Shown here piece by piece: positions 26,881 through 40,288 of a stretch of 64,000 nucleotides of DNA. The stretch is from contig OZ024740.1 in assembly GCA_964016885.1 (NCBI GenBank), forward strand, positions 116,498,001 to 116,562,000, given 5' to 3'. The position numbers and the translations under genes were made by a program. The stretch is from Eledone cirrhosa (Eukaryota). Below the pieces are notes generated by a model, which saw only the letters and a list, made by a program, of their open reading frames with translations, searched no databases and was not told where the DNA came from. Each line of letters opens with the position of its first letter. Position 1 is the first letter of the stretch.

Positions 26881-27701
26881 GTTTCACTCAGATTGGTAAA
26901 ATGATATCAGTAGTGTGCCTAATAAAGTATTCTGAAATAAAGTATTTTATTCTTTATATATAAGGTAATCATTTTAAAGAAAAAAAAACCCAAACAAAAC
27001 AAACTCAACCCATTAAGATGTCTTCAGGACATTGAGCTCTCCTGGGTCTATCATATTAGAAAATGAGTAAATCTCACATATCTTAGTTTAGTGGTTTGCT
27101 ATAACCCTTTTGTCACCATATTTCTAATGACATACTCTGTGTTTGAATGAATTAATGAAGAATTTGAAGGGCTTTACTAAAATTCTTATTTCATTATTAA
27201 TATGGTATTTGTGACATAACTTAACCAAAGGTTATTAGATAAAATTATGTTGTAAGATATCAATTTAAATGGGAACACTTTAAAATTGTTGGTGTTGATC
27301 CATAGAATGGGAGTCAGTTTTGTGTGGCTTGGTATCCAACTGAAATATTTGCCTAAGATTTTAAGTGTCAAAAATTTGCTAGTGTGGAAAAATGGACTTA
27401 AAATGATGATGTTGATGATATATATACTTATGCACATACACACACACACACCTCATTTTGACACAAGAAAAATAATTTCTAGAGAGCAAGTACCAAGATC
27501 TTGATTCATAGTTAGTGAAAATGTTCACATTTTCACAGCTGGGAGTTATTGGTATGACAATATATACAGTTTACAGCTCTATTATCAAGCTATGGAATCC
27601 TTTATTTGGTTGCTTGACTTGTTAGAAAAAGCAGACCTCATGTCACACACCAACACCTTAAAAAATGTGAAGGACCTATTAGATAATGTAGTTCTAGATA
27701 T

Positions 27702-27995
27702 ATAGTTGTCCTCTGGTATTCATGGGGGCTACGTTCCTAGAGCACTCGTGAAGAGTGAAAACCAGTGGATACTGGACGAGGTCCATAAAAATGCCTATAA
27801 ACGTCAAAACATAACGTAAAATATAGGTCGGCAAATCCGGTATATTGTTATTGATAATTTAACATTAAAAAGCATGAAAAAATATATATTGCCACAAGAA
27901 AAGCCATAAAAAAATTGCGGAAGATATTTACGATTCAGCGAATATGTGGTGGTTTCCATGAATAACTGGGACCGCGAATGCTGGGGAAAAACTGT
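27702..27995. mobile_element. Tigger/pogo-like MITE remnant inserted in an older repeat
   Basis: Degenerate TIRs: tagttgtcctctggtattcatgggg...ccgcgaatgctggggaaaaactg. Confidence 0.5.
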
Positions 27996-30083
27996 GTTGT
28001 GTCTGAATAAAATATGTGATGATCATAGTTGGAATGCCTTTGATCATATGCTTACTGAATGAGAAATGACCTGAAGCAATGAAAACAAAAACAAACAAAA
28101 AAACTCCAACAGCTCTATTATTTAATCCTAGACTAGTGGGAAAATACAAGCTGATAACACAAGGTAGGAGCCAGAAATTAGTTTGTTTTGGAAATAGTGT
28201 TTTGCAGCAGAAAAAACAAACAAACTGATATCCTACTCCTCTGTCTGTAATAAATACAGGGAGGCCAAAAAAAAGGTATACATATATTTATTAGAATGCT
28301 GTTGAAGTGTGTATGCATTTTTGGGGAACACACCGTACTTGCAATTTATTTCATATTTTGTGGTCATGATATACTTTATATGTTTCCCTGATAACTATTG
28401 CTTGATATGACAGGTAAAGTTTTAAATGTTTTCTTAGTTTTTTTTGTATTCTGTCAGACAGGATATCCAAATGTTGATGTCTTTTGTAGATTAATAGCAT
28501 AATTTTGAAATATTTTAACAGTTGCTATTTGCTAACATTGATTGTCTAACGTTCTTTTCCAAAATATCCTATCAATAACCTAAGTTTGTGAATGTTTTAA
28601 TTGATTTTCAAGGAATGTTGAAGGCAAGTGAGACTTGCAGCTTAAGTTTACTAAAAAGAAAAAAAAAAAAAGAAATGCATAAATTTTACAATTACAACAC
28701 TTCAAGAGCAAACACTAGACAAGCTAGAAATAAAATTCAAAATAGTAATTTCTAAAAGAAGTTGAACATATTCTTTATATTTGAGTATCTAAAAGGTGGT
28801 GGATTGGTAGAACTGATAGAGCCATTGCAGTATTTGTTCTGGCTCTTTATATTCTGAATTCAAATCCTGCTGAGGTCAACTTTGCCTTTCATCCTTCTGG
28901 AATCGATAAAATGAAGTTCCAGTCAAGTAGTGGGGTTGATTTAATTAACTTTGCCCTTCCCCCAAATTTGTTGACCTTGTGACTAAATTAGAAATCAATA
29001 TTCAAGCTTCTAGTAATCTACTGACTAAAGAGTTGCATTTTTGCCCCCTATCATTTGTGCAACACTTGTTTCTCACGAAGACACTTAACTCTCAATGGCT
29101 CAGTTTATTTTAACTGTACATAAGTATGGCTGTATTTTTGGTGGGGTTTACAATTTACTGCTGCTGTTAGCATGGTACAGTATAAATAATTGTCAAGTGT
29201 TTTGTTAGCATCATTGTTATTGTGGACTGGATCTGGAATAGACCATTATTTCCATGAAAAAGTAAAAGATGTCTTAACCCTTTAGCATTTGCATTACTTT
29301 ATGTTTGCTAATGTATTTTCACGGTAAAGGCTTTACTTCGTAATTATTTCACATAATATTGAATCTATGAGATTTTGATATTATTTATTTTGAGAACAAT
29401 ACCTAAACATCAGCATAAGTGGCCAGTTACAGCTGGTTTGAATAAAAAGAGGTAAGAGAATTCTGGCTGGATACGGCCGGTTTAAATGCTAAAGGGTTAA
29501 CCTACAAGACTCGCTTCCCTTTAACGTTCCTTGAAAATCAATAAAAACATTCATAAACTTAGGTTATTGATAGGATTTTTTGAAAAAGAACTAAATCTTC
29601 AAGATTAGACAATCAGCAGTATGAAGAGTAGGATAAACTTTAACAAATTAAATCACCTTCCTGTAGTGGTGGTAAATAAAAAATGTATGAAAGGAAAGAA
29701 GTTAAGCTTGAGAAGGAGACTGTATTTCAATTAGATTAGCGGTTCACTAACCAGAGTCTTCGTCTGATCCAGAGTGAAAAAAATGTCTAAGAATGACTGA
29801 TTATGAGTAATAGATCAAGACTTTCAACCTCATGAAAAATAAAACTCTCGATACTACAAAAACTGAAGCACTTCCATGCTTCCTGAAATTTGCTGACACT
29901 GCACCTGATATTCCCCCTTCATACACACACACATGAGTTTGTGTGTATATCATGACTCATAACTGTTCACTTTCCTGACACTTGTACATTATTCTATGTA
30001 CTATACATGCACCTTTGATGAGATGTAGTGCACCTGAACACTGTACACAATAATTTTCATTATTATTTTTTAAATATTTTCAG

Positions 30084-30349
30084 CCAGCAGTGAAATTTTA
30101 AATTTTAAAGAAATTTTTGAGAAAGCTGATCAACTTCATACAGCATATGAGACTTGTAAATTATATGATCTTCTGAAACCATATCAAAACTGTGAAGATG
30201 ACCAATTGTTGTGGCGCCTATCTCGAGCAGCCTATGATAAAGCAAAGAGAGAACACAACAAGGATGCACGGAAAACATTCATGTATGAATCTTATGGTTA
30301 TGCTAAAAGAGCTCTTGCATTAAATGACAAGAACTATGCATGTCACAAG
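30084..30349 (+). CDS. RMDN1: RMDN1 coding exon (266 nt)
   Basis: ttttcag acceptor and gtaaat donor. Encodes ...EIFEKADQLHTAYETCKLYDLLKPYQNCEDDQLLWRLSRAAYDKAK...YAKRALALNDKNYACHK, matching the RMD/FAM82 motifs LLWRLxRA and AKRAL...HKWYA. Confidence 0.93.
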
Positions 30350-31039
30350 GTAAATAATTGTTATTATTTAGAGATAAATTAATGGGTTATGTGGTGACAG
30401 ACAGAGTGGAATGTTAGACTGTCTAACAGAATTTAGTTTTGTCTTCTGTGTTCTTAGTTCACATCCTCCACATTTTACCAGTGGTATGCTGGAATATATT
30501 CAGTTAATTCTGTATACTTTGTAAAGTGCTTGACTCTTCAGTCACATCAAGGACGTGACAACCACTCTAGTCCTGGTGCCATGATAAAATGCTTCAATAC
30601 ACTTGTAACTTGGTTGGTATTAGGATAGGCATCCATCTATAAAAACCATATAAAAAAAATGGTACATGTCACAAATATCTGATCTTCTGATTTTGTCTAA
30701 AAGGAGAGTAACTGTGGTTAAATACTGACTTGGGCCATAATGACCTGTTAAATCCATGCCAACATTGAAAGCAGAGGTAAAATTATGAGGATTAACTATA
30801 CCTTCTCCTACAAACATTTGTCCTTTCTTCATTGGTAAGAATTCCTTATTTGATGATAAAAGAAAGGCCTAATAGTAGTTGTTGAATGTTAAGCCATTAT
30901 TACTTAATGTTGCTTTGTAAATGGAATATATTAAAAAAGGGTTTTCTGAATATACTTTTTTCATAAGCATAAAATATCTCCAAAGAAATACATTAGTAAT
31001 TTATTTATTTTCAATAACTTTTTGGAATCTTACTTTTAG

Positions 31040-31129
31040 TGGTATGCCATTCTTCTTGATGAAATTGGCCAATATGAAGGTTTGAAAATCCGAATTTCAA
31101 ATGCTTATTTAATCAAAGAACATCTATTA
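31040..31129 (+). CDS. RMDN1: RMDN1 coding exon (90 nt)
   Basis: ttttag acceptor and gtgagt donor. Encodes WYAILLDEIGQYEGLKIRISNAYLIKEHLL. Confidence 0.93.
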
Positions 31130-31949
31130 GTGAGTATTTTTTTTTTTTTTTTTTTTTTATTATAATATGGCGATATCTTTATGTCTGTTGTTTTGTCACA
31201 AATTGTGAAAAGTTGAATTAATGACATTTTTTCTAAATAATAAATATTTATGCACAGCATATATTACAAAATCTGAGACAAATTTAACCTATTTGATAGT
31301 AAACAACCTGAAACTGCCCCTAGTTCTATGTTACATGACTATTTTTTTCAAAGTGTTTATACTTATCTAATAACATAATTTTATGTAAGATTTTCCCCAA
31401 ATACTAGCTTGATAATAAGAAAGTTGATTATATTATAAAATCCCACCAAATTCTTGATTTTCAAAATTATTTGGAAATCATAAGTAGTGTCTTTCATTAA
31501 AAATATGGTAACAGAGGGGTTAATATCAGTTTGTAAGTCTCAGTGTGAAAAACAAACAAAAGTGAAAAACATTCTGTTACTCTCTTCATACACTGAAAAA
31601 TATAAGAGATTGCCTTTACATGTTTCAAAGTTAGTTGGCTGATCATCATAAGACATACACCCTAATCATTCCATTGGCGAATTGCTTAAGTTTAGGTAAC
31701 TGATTATTTTTTATTGCTTGATTGATTATAATAAATGACTGTGTGTATCTGGTTTAGAATGGGTACTCTGTATTTCTCCAAATCTTTAAGAGGTGCCTAA
31801 AGGGGTTGGTGCCAATATGAGCATCAAGCTGTAAAACTTTGCCTCAAAAAGGATCCCATATCATAGGGCTTGCAAGGCTAGCCACTGTTTTAACAGGAAA
31901 AATAACCTTAAAAATGCTTTTATGATAAATTCATCCTTCGTTTCTTATG

Positions 31950-32320
31950 AATCTATTGACAGATAAGACAAGAAAATCTGGCTTCCAGGTCAAAGTTCTT
32001 GCCATAGAGGTTGGAGTCAGAGGCTTTGTAGGTAAATCTGCTTACAGTCTCTAGGAAGAACAGGACCAAAGCCTTAAAAACAATAGCAGACGCAGTGGAG
32101 AGGAGTTCTGGCTGGATCTGGTTGAAAACAATCTCCATATGGTTTAAGTGCACAATAAGTCTCATCCAAGTGGTTAAAAGACATCAGCAAAAGGGCACCT
32201 AGGAGTCATGACTTTGATATTAGCCTTATCTTAGAATGTAAAGAGTTAAGAGCTGAAATACTTGCAAGAGGATGGCTTCTTTTCTGAAGACCTGCTGTCT
32301 AGCTCTCTTGAGAGTTTCTT
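31950..32320 (+). mobile_element. Hero-clade (RLE) non-LTR retrotransposon 3' remnant
   Basis: GFQVKVLAIEVGVRGFVGKS and ALKTIADAVERSSGWIWLK resemble the Hero C-terminal motifs EVGCRGF and S.W.W.K. Confidence 0.7.
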
Positions 32321-32571
32321 ACTACCTACTGAACAATCAACTGGATAAGCTATCGTAACAGATATGACCAGCTGTGATTCTTATTAAAGTAGATTATGTT
32401 TCACAGATTAATTCTAAAGAATTTCATTGATATTTATGGTTTCAATTTTTAGTGAGCAGTTTAATATGAAATCAATATTGAGTTGGTTTAATGAATCTAC
32501 TTTTTCTAGTATTCAGCATTGGTTGGTATTAAAAGTAGAAATTAATAATCTTTTTTAATATTTATTTCCAG

Positions 32572-32627
32572 AAAGCTGTTGAATATAATCCCAATGATGC
32601 AACGTGTTGGCATTCGTTAGGTTATTG
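32572..32627 (+). CDS. RMDN1: RMDN1 coding exon (56 nt)
   Basis: ttccag acceptor and gtaagt donor. Encodes KAVEYNPNDATCWHSLGY(W), a TPR-like segment. Confidence 0.93.
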
Positions 32628-33206
32628 GTAAGTAGTACTTTATTCTTTGTTTATCTCATAATGTTCATTAGGTTATTGGTAAATAGTACTTTATTCTTTG
32701 TTTATCTCATAATGTTCGTTTTTTAATTATCATATCAATATGAGATCACAGATATTCCATCCATGACGACCTTGTATTTTTGTACATCTCTGAGTACATG
32801 GTAGTGTCAATGCATTTTAAAGATGTTAGGATATTTGGCTTCTATTTATAGCAGGTCAAATAGATTTCTTGCTGGATTGAATCTTTTGGATGTTATTTCA
32901 AATGGCTACAACCAGAAATTTGAATTGTGTGTCCAACTCTACTACTACTGCTACTATGCATTACTTGCCTTCATCATCTTAATTTAGATGTGCAATAGTA
33001 AAAAGTAAAGTGTTGAATAGTAAAAAGTAAAGTGTTGAACACAGCTGTAGAATGATTTCACTTCTTAACTATACATTTTGTTCAAGATTTGTTATCTCTA
33101 GTTTTCTCTAGTTTCATTCTAAGTCAATCATATCATCAACTCTACTACTTAATTTTCAAGCCTGGTTCTTTATCAATCTCTTTTTGTCAAAATTCTAAGT
33201 TATGGG

Positions 33207-33539
33207 ACACATGGCTTAGTGGTTAGAGCATTGGCCTTGCAATCGAAAGGTTGTGAGTTCAATTCTCAGACCGGGTGATGTGTTGTTTCCTTGAGCAAGA
33301 CACTTTATTTCACATTGCTCCAGTTTACTCAGCTGTAGAAATGAGATGATAGGACTGGGGTCCCTATCATTCCACTGCAAAGTGGTCGTGGAGGTGCCAC
33401 GGAAAAAATGCACCCGGCACTCACTGTAAATGAGGTTGGTGTTAGGAAGGGAATCCAGCTGTAGAAATCAAGCCAGAATCAGTTCCCATCCCACCCTTGC
33501 AAGCAGGGAAAAGCGGACGTAAAATGATGATGATGATGA
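33207..33539 (+). mobile_element. tRNA-derived SINE with CORE-like centre and RTE-derived tail
   Basis: A box (tggcttagtgg), B box (gagttcaattc), ccttgagcaagacactt, and a tail shared with the RTE 3' UTR. Confidence 0.85.
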
Positions 33540-34049
33540 AACACAGAAATGGATGCACACATGCACACACATGTATATCATAGGTCATAAAGGAAACAGA
33601 AAACTCAGAAAAGACAGGTACATGGACAGTTCTTGCTTGTTGGCTGTCTTCTGGGAATCATAGTTTCAAATGCTTCAAAAAGACAAGACTATTTTTCCCA
33701 GTGTAACAATAGTGTCTAAAGGAAGATAGCTATTCAGGAAGAAAACACAATGGTTGTTAGACAAGAAAATACAAAATATCTACAAACAGATATGGGACAG
33801 GATAATTGCTACAATTGAAAGCAACACACAAATGTGGGTAGGTAACAGTAAGAGGAATAGGGAAATTAATACAAGTTAGTGTGAACATTTGCCCTGGGAC
33901 CAATAATAATAGACTAGAAGAAACAGCAGAGTGAACAGACCAAGTTAGTGGTCAAATTACAAAAGAATGAGAAAGAAGTAGGGCAGGAATGGAAACAAAG
34001 AGAGAGAGAAAGAAAGAGATAGATAGATAGACAAACAAACAGAGGGAAA

Positions 34050-34086
<37 letters not shown>

Positions 34087-34330
34087 ATAATAATAAATTT
34101 GAAGACTAAAATCCAAAGAGGGCTCGATAAGGATAAATATATATCAAATATATAAGAACCGTAGAGCAAATATTTATTAAAATAACAGATAAAACTTTAT
34201 TAGAAATAGATAGTAACTTAACCACTACCATGCTAGTTGATACATCGATGTACATTGATAAATTGATCCTCTTAAATGATCGTAAAACAATGAACTAACT
34301 CTTTACCTACACCCGACTTCTGTTTTTATT

Positions 34331-34363
<33 letters not shown>

Positions 34364-34584
34364 AATATATAAATATATATGACAGACTTTTGCATAGTTT
34401 CTATCTGCCAAATTTCACTCACAAGGTATTGGTCAACCTGATGCTATAGAAGGTGTTATTCAGTATGATAGAACTCAGAGCCACATGGTTGCAAACTGAA
34501 CTCTTTAACCACATGGCCATGTATGATGACTTATTCAATTAAATGATTAATTTATTTCATTTTTAATGTTTATTTATTTGTCAG

Positions 34585-34672
34585 GTGTTTCATGTTTGCT
34601 GATATGCCCTGGTATCAACAGAAGGTAGCTAGTGCACTGTTTGCTGCCCCACCTACATCAACCTATGCAGAA
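34585..34672 (+). CDS. RMDN1: RMDN1 coding exon (88 nt)
   Basis: tgtcag acceptor and gtaagt donor. Encodes (W)CFMFADMPWYQQKVASALFAAPPTSTYAE, the RMD signature region. Confidence 0.95.
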
Positions 34673-34712
34673 GTAAGTTGGTAGCTATTTTCTCTTTCAT
34701 TATCATTATTAC

Positions 34713-35205
34713 CTACGGTCTGAGTTCAAATCCCGCTGAGGTTAACTTTGCTTTCATCCTTACGGGGTCGATAAAATAAAGCACCAGTAATGTACTGGGG
34801 TTGATTTAATCGACTTTCCCTTCCCCCCAAATTACTGGACTTGTGCCTATACTAGAAATCATTATTACAATTCGAGGTTGACTTTGCCTTTCATCCTTAC
34901 AGGGTCGATAAAATAAAGTACCAGTAATGCACTGGGTAATTGCTGGCCTTGTGCCTAAAGTAGAAACAATTATTACAATTAGCGTAAGGCAGTGGATTGG
35001 CAGTATCGGTGGAGTGTCAGACATCATGCTTTGCAGCATAGAGTTATGGCCCTTTATGTTCTGAGTTCAAATCACGTTGAGCTTAACTTTGCCTTTCATC
35101 CTTACAGGGTCGATAAAATAAAGCACCAGTAATGTACTGGGTATTTGCTGGCCTTGTGCCAAAAGTAGAAACAATTATCAAAAATAATTGTTTCTACTTT
35201 TGGCA
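34713..35205 (+). mobile_element. Tandem cluster of a second tRNA-SINE family (core actttgcctttcatccttacggggtcgataaaataaagtaccag, possibly Meta/MESC-type)
   Basis: Three partial or whole copies in tandem. Other copies are at about 1620-1778, 13715-13935, 23330-23500, 25940-26130 (-), 28795-29000, 40291-40440 (-), 40553-40760, 42510-42690, 47980-48085 (-) and 57040-57575 (-). Confidence 0.8.
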
Positions 35206-35388
35206 CAGTCCTCACTTACTAAATAATGAATATGTTAATTATTTTCATGAAAAAATAAGAAATATTTTTCTCAGCCTGTTTATCCTGTTTCATTTTTTTG
35301 CTACATTTATTTCCTTTTTAAAGCAGGTTTATGTTTCTTCACATGGTATATTCTTATTTCCTATTTCAAACCTCTTTTTTATTTTTAG

Positions 35389-35419
35389 GCCAAGAAGTAT
35401 TTTCTAAAGGCAGAAGAAA
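35389..35419 (+). CDS. RMDN1: RMDN1 coding micro-exon (31 nt)
   Basis: ttttag acceptor and gtaagt donor. Encodes AKKYFLKAEE, and its phases fit both neighbouring exons. Confidence 0.9.
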
Positions 35420-37455
35420 GTAAGTATATCAAAAATGTTAAAGATGTTTTATGAGACACTGTGATTATATAGAGTAGTGGTAGAATGATTACTTGACTCA
35501 CTCTGCTTTATTTAAATTTAAAAAAAAGTACAATTATTACATTACAATTGTGAAGATTGCATTCAGAAAGTTGTCTGTCAATAAATTGCTATTGATTCAA
35601 ACAAATATCAGATTTTGAACGATAGATCAACCTTTTCTGAGGATATGACTAACAAATATATATGAAGTTGGAGCACTTTCTATAACTTCATTCAACAAAA
35701 ACAAATGAAAATGAAATTTAGATTAATAAAAACAAAAAAAAAAATACCACAGAAAAAATTATAAGTGTTTTAAACAAAACAAAAAACAACAAAAAATATT
35801 TATATAAGGCGCAGATATAGCTGTGTGGTTAAAAAATGTGCATTGCAACCATGTGTATTTGGATTTGGTCTACTTTAGAGTGAAATTTGATTGATGGTAA
35901 TTGCAGAAACTTAAGTCATTTGTATGTGTGTGTCCTTGCCTGTCTTTATGCTGACATCACTTTAGTGTAGCTTAGTAGTTTGACAGATAAAAGTCAATAA
36001 AATAAGTACCAGATTTAAAAATAAATATTGAGGTTGGCCACTCTGAAGACTGAAATTAGTAAAAGAATAAAAGAAGAATCCTCTATATAACGACTCAAGC
36101 TCCTAGAATTAGCAGCCAGATCTCCTTCAAAATTCACTTTACTGTCTTAAAATGGATGAATATACTAGATAAATTTAAGTATTGAACTATGTCAGAAAAG
36201 AAGACTGGGGCTTTATTACATCCACAGATGTGGTCTGTAGCTCTCAGCAGATTGTCTTATGGTTTGCTTATGTATCCTGGTTTATTGTGTGTACCTTGGT
36301 TTGCTGTTTTTGTATCCCAGTTTTTAGAATAGATGCACTGTATCCCTGCAGGTTGTAAGAAGCAGCAAAAAGGATTGGCATCAAGGAAGGGTATTTGGCT
36401 GTAAAACATTGTCTCAAAACATCCTGTTTAACCCATGCCAGCATGGAAAAGTGGATGTAAAAGTGATGACAATGATGATAAAATTCCTTACATTATAGGT
36501 TTCTATCTTCACCTTCTTGATATATGCACCAACTAGTATTTCTTTGAACCCATTACTTATCTTCAGATCTTTGAATTTTTCTTACCTTCCTTCTCCAGAT
36601 TTCCTTGTATCTCTAATCCTGTATAGTTCTTATTCTAATGTCCCTAACTATTAGTCATCATCATCATCATCCTTTGCATGGGTCGGTACAGACCAAGTCA
36701 GTATTATATTGGGGATGGTTTCTCATTCAAATATACTGCAGTTTATTGTGGCACCAGTACTAGTAAGGTTGCCTTGTCTTTGATGTGTATGAAGAGTCCT
36801 CTCTACATTATATATATATTTACATGTTCTCTTATATATATATCTGTAAGGTGGTCGTGTAGGTGACACAACAAAAAACGCTTAGCCTATATTGTAAAGT
36901 GATCATTTTGGTGCCATGATAAAAAGCACCCAGTCCACACTATAGATGTGGTTGGCATTAGGAAGTGAATTTGAATTTAGCTACAGAAACCAAGCTGAAA
37001 CAGTTTTGTATGAGCAAGACATAGTCACCTGATCTGATTTGCCTCAAATAACCCATGCTAGCGTGGAAAAAGGACGTTAAAATGGTGTTGTAAGTTAATT
37101 TCATGAGCAGGCTGTACCATTGAACAACAGGTGCAAATTGATATGGAGATACATATGATTAACAAATATACATTTATCCCCCCCCCCCCTCTGTCTCTCT
37201 ATATATATATGTGTGTGTGTGTGTGTACATGTATGCAGAGAGGATAATGTCAAAACTACAATAGATTTTTAAAAAATCAACCAAAGATGTATCATAAAAT
37301 GTAATATCTTGTTTTTACTTTGACAAATATATGTTACTTGTTAAGTGAAATCAGATCTTACAAACTGAACACCTGGTGGTATTTTATATCACCTAACATA
37401 TGACAGTGCATGACAATTAGGTGTAACACACCACACACCACACACCACACACACA

Positions 37456-37527
37456 CTCTCACTCACTCACTCACTCACTCACTCACTCACTCACTCACTC
37501 ACTCACTCACTCACTCACTCACTCACT
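37456..37527. repeat. (CACT)n microsatellite; many (TA)n/(CA)n/(GA)n tracts elsewhere
   Basis: Seen directly. Other tracts are at 3045-3115, 20968-21001, 22808-22882, 48374-48465 and 58105-58162. Confidence 0.95.
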
Positions 37528-38027
37528 CTCCCCCTCTCCTCTCTCCTCTCTCTCTCATTACATTTCCTATGTGGCAGGTTCATTGGTGTAGCAGTACATT
37601 CAGACAGTGTTGTTGGGATGAAACCTAAGACATAGCATTGACTATCATATGTAACAGTTAAAACAGATATGAACTTTGACATTAAGCTGGTTAATGGATG
37701 CAATTGGATATTCCGGAGTTCTAATGGGGAAAATAATTCACTTTTTGAGATGCCATCAAAACAATATCATCATCATCATCATTGTTTAACATCCACTTTC
37801 CATGCTAGCATGGGTTCATCATCATCATCATTTTACGTCCTCATTTCTTTGCTTGCAAGGGTGTGGCGGATCCTCTTCAGCACAGCATCTCTCCATTTGT
37901 CACGGTCCTTTGTCTTCATGTTTTTCATGGTCTTCCTGTACTGCGTCTTCCTTCCACTGGGATTACTTGGCACATTTTTACCCAGCGGTCATCTTCCATG
38001 ACCGCTGGGTGAAGAATTGCCAAGTAA

Positions 38028-38068
<41 letters not shown>

Positions 38069-38747
38069 TACCCCCTCTAACTTCTGATCTTGAATTTCAA
38101 TTTAATTGACTGCTCTCTTTTCCAAAATTTTGATTAAAAAGCATTATTAAGTCTTAATGTCCTGCACCACATCAAACTGCATTAGCAAAACATTCCTGAA
38201 AAATATAAAACTACTATGACAGCATCACATGACAAATTTAAGTCATTACTGTAATACTGTACATTGTCACAATGGTCTGTCCAGAAATAAAGATGCTATA
38301 AACTTTTGTATTAACAAACTCATTAGTTATTTTCTACTAAATCATTACAGGACATTAAAAGTTAATATTATTGGAATGGTGGAGAATAGCAAAATTGTAA
38401 GGCACTGAAATGTTTCACAACATTGAATCACCTTCATATTCTGAGTTGATGACTTTGCCTTTTATCCCACCCAGGTTGATAAAATATCAGTTAAGTAGTA
38501 GAGGGTTGCTTTAATCACCTACAATTCACCTCTAATGGTTGTGGCCTATATATTATCATTATCATTTTTCTAAGAAATGAGACTTACAGAAATGAAAGTT
38601 CACATCAAATGCTTAATAATATTTTGTATAATAGTGAATGAAATAAATATTATCATAGTTGATTCAATATCAACTCTTTCTTTCCTCTTCATTCCTCTAC
38701 AAGTATAATAATAATTGTTTCTACTTTTGGCACAAGACCAGCAATTA

Positions 38748-40288
38748 GAATAATAATAATGAAATATTGTGTACAGTGCTCAGGTGCACTACAACCCATC
38801 AAAAGTGTATGTATAGTACATAGAGTAATGTACAAATGTCAGGAAAATGAACAGTGCATGAGTCATGATATACACGTGTGCATGTGTATGGAAGGGGGAC
38901 ATCAGGTGTAGTTTTTGTGAATTTCGGGAAGCATGAGGGTTTTAAAGGATCCAGTGTCTCGGCAGCTAACAACTGACGCAGGCAGTTTGTTCCATGCTTC
39001 AGCAACTCTAAGCGTGACAAAATGTTTCCGAAAGTCATGGGAGCTGTGCTGTTTTCTGACTTTGTAGGCATGTCACGTGTGTTAGATACATGGAGATCAA
39101 AAAGGTGCTCAGGGTTGTTGTTGGCGAGATGGTTAATAACTTTGTGGGTGTTTACCAAGTCCATTGCCAGACGTCGGAGCTTCAATGAATCAATGCCCAG
39201 AGAAGCAAGGCGTTCAGAGTATGGTAGGTATGCACTTGGTTGCACGTCTCTGAACAGTTTCCAGGAGGTCAATGTTCTGAGCAAGATAGGCGTTCCAGAC
39301 TGATGATGCGAATTCCAAGTGTGGTCGTACCATAGCTGTATACAGCTTTAAATAGATGGCTGGAGAACGGCTAACAAAAGTCTTGCTGAGTGAACCAAGA
39401 CACCCTTGGCCTTCTTCACAATTTTAGAGATGTGCTTTGTCCAACGCAAATCGCTGCTGACAGTAATGCCCAGGTCACGTTCACAAGAGGAGTTCTTGAT
39501 ACCAGTGTTGTGGAGGGAGTATGTGGATGCTGGATTTTTCCTCCCAAAATGCATGGTGGTACACTTGTCCACAGCCAGCTTCAGTTGCCAGTCTGTGATC
39601 CATTGCTGCATTGTGTCCAGGTCTGATTGTAGGAAAGAGTTGTAGATTTCAGGATCTGTCCTTTTGATTTCAAGGTACAGCTTGATGTCATCTGCATATT
39701 TCAGTACCGTGGTATTCTTTAAGTTGGCATCTATGTCATTAATATATGCCACAAACAAAAGGGGACCAAGAACAGATCCCTGTGGTACACCAGATGAGAT
39801 CTCATATGGTGAAGAATGCTGTCCTAGAACCGTGACTACCTCTTTTCGGCTGAGAATGAAGGATTTCAACCAGTTAAAAAGATCATCCTTCACACCCATT
39901 GCAGAGAGTTTCACCATAAGTCTTTTGTGTGGCACAGAATTAAAAGCCTTAGCGAAGTCAAGGTAAACAACATCCACCCATGAGCCGCTGTCAGTGATCC
40001 GGGTAATGTCTTCAAGGAACTCGATAAGCTGATCATAGCAGCTGGAGTTAGGGATAAATCCAAATTGCGAGGGCCGGATGAGGCTGTGAGAGCTCCAGAA
40101 GTTCCAAAGTGTTTCTCTGACACAGGATTCCATCAGTCTGGCAATACAGCTAGTAAGACTGACTGGACGATAGTTGACAGGTGACGTGCGGTCGCCCTTT
40201 TTGAACAGGGGAATGACACTGGGAGTTTTCTACTGCTCCAGAGTAGCACCATTGTTGAGACGTATTGAAAGAAGAAAGAAAGCTGCTC
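38748..40288 (-). mobile_element. CR1-group LINE 3' part (same family), frameshifted, inserted into a SINE in an RMDN1 intron
   Basis: ORFs 39348-40133 and 38799-39284, with YLDFAKAF and YADD. Confidence 0.92.

Noticed and set aside
33207-33275. tRNA gene
   Set aside because: A and B boxes are present, but it is the head of a multi-copy SINE, with no convincing cloverleaf or terminator.
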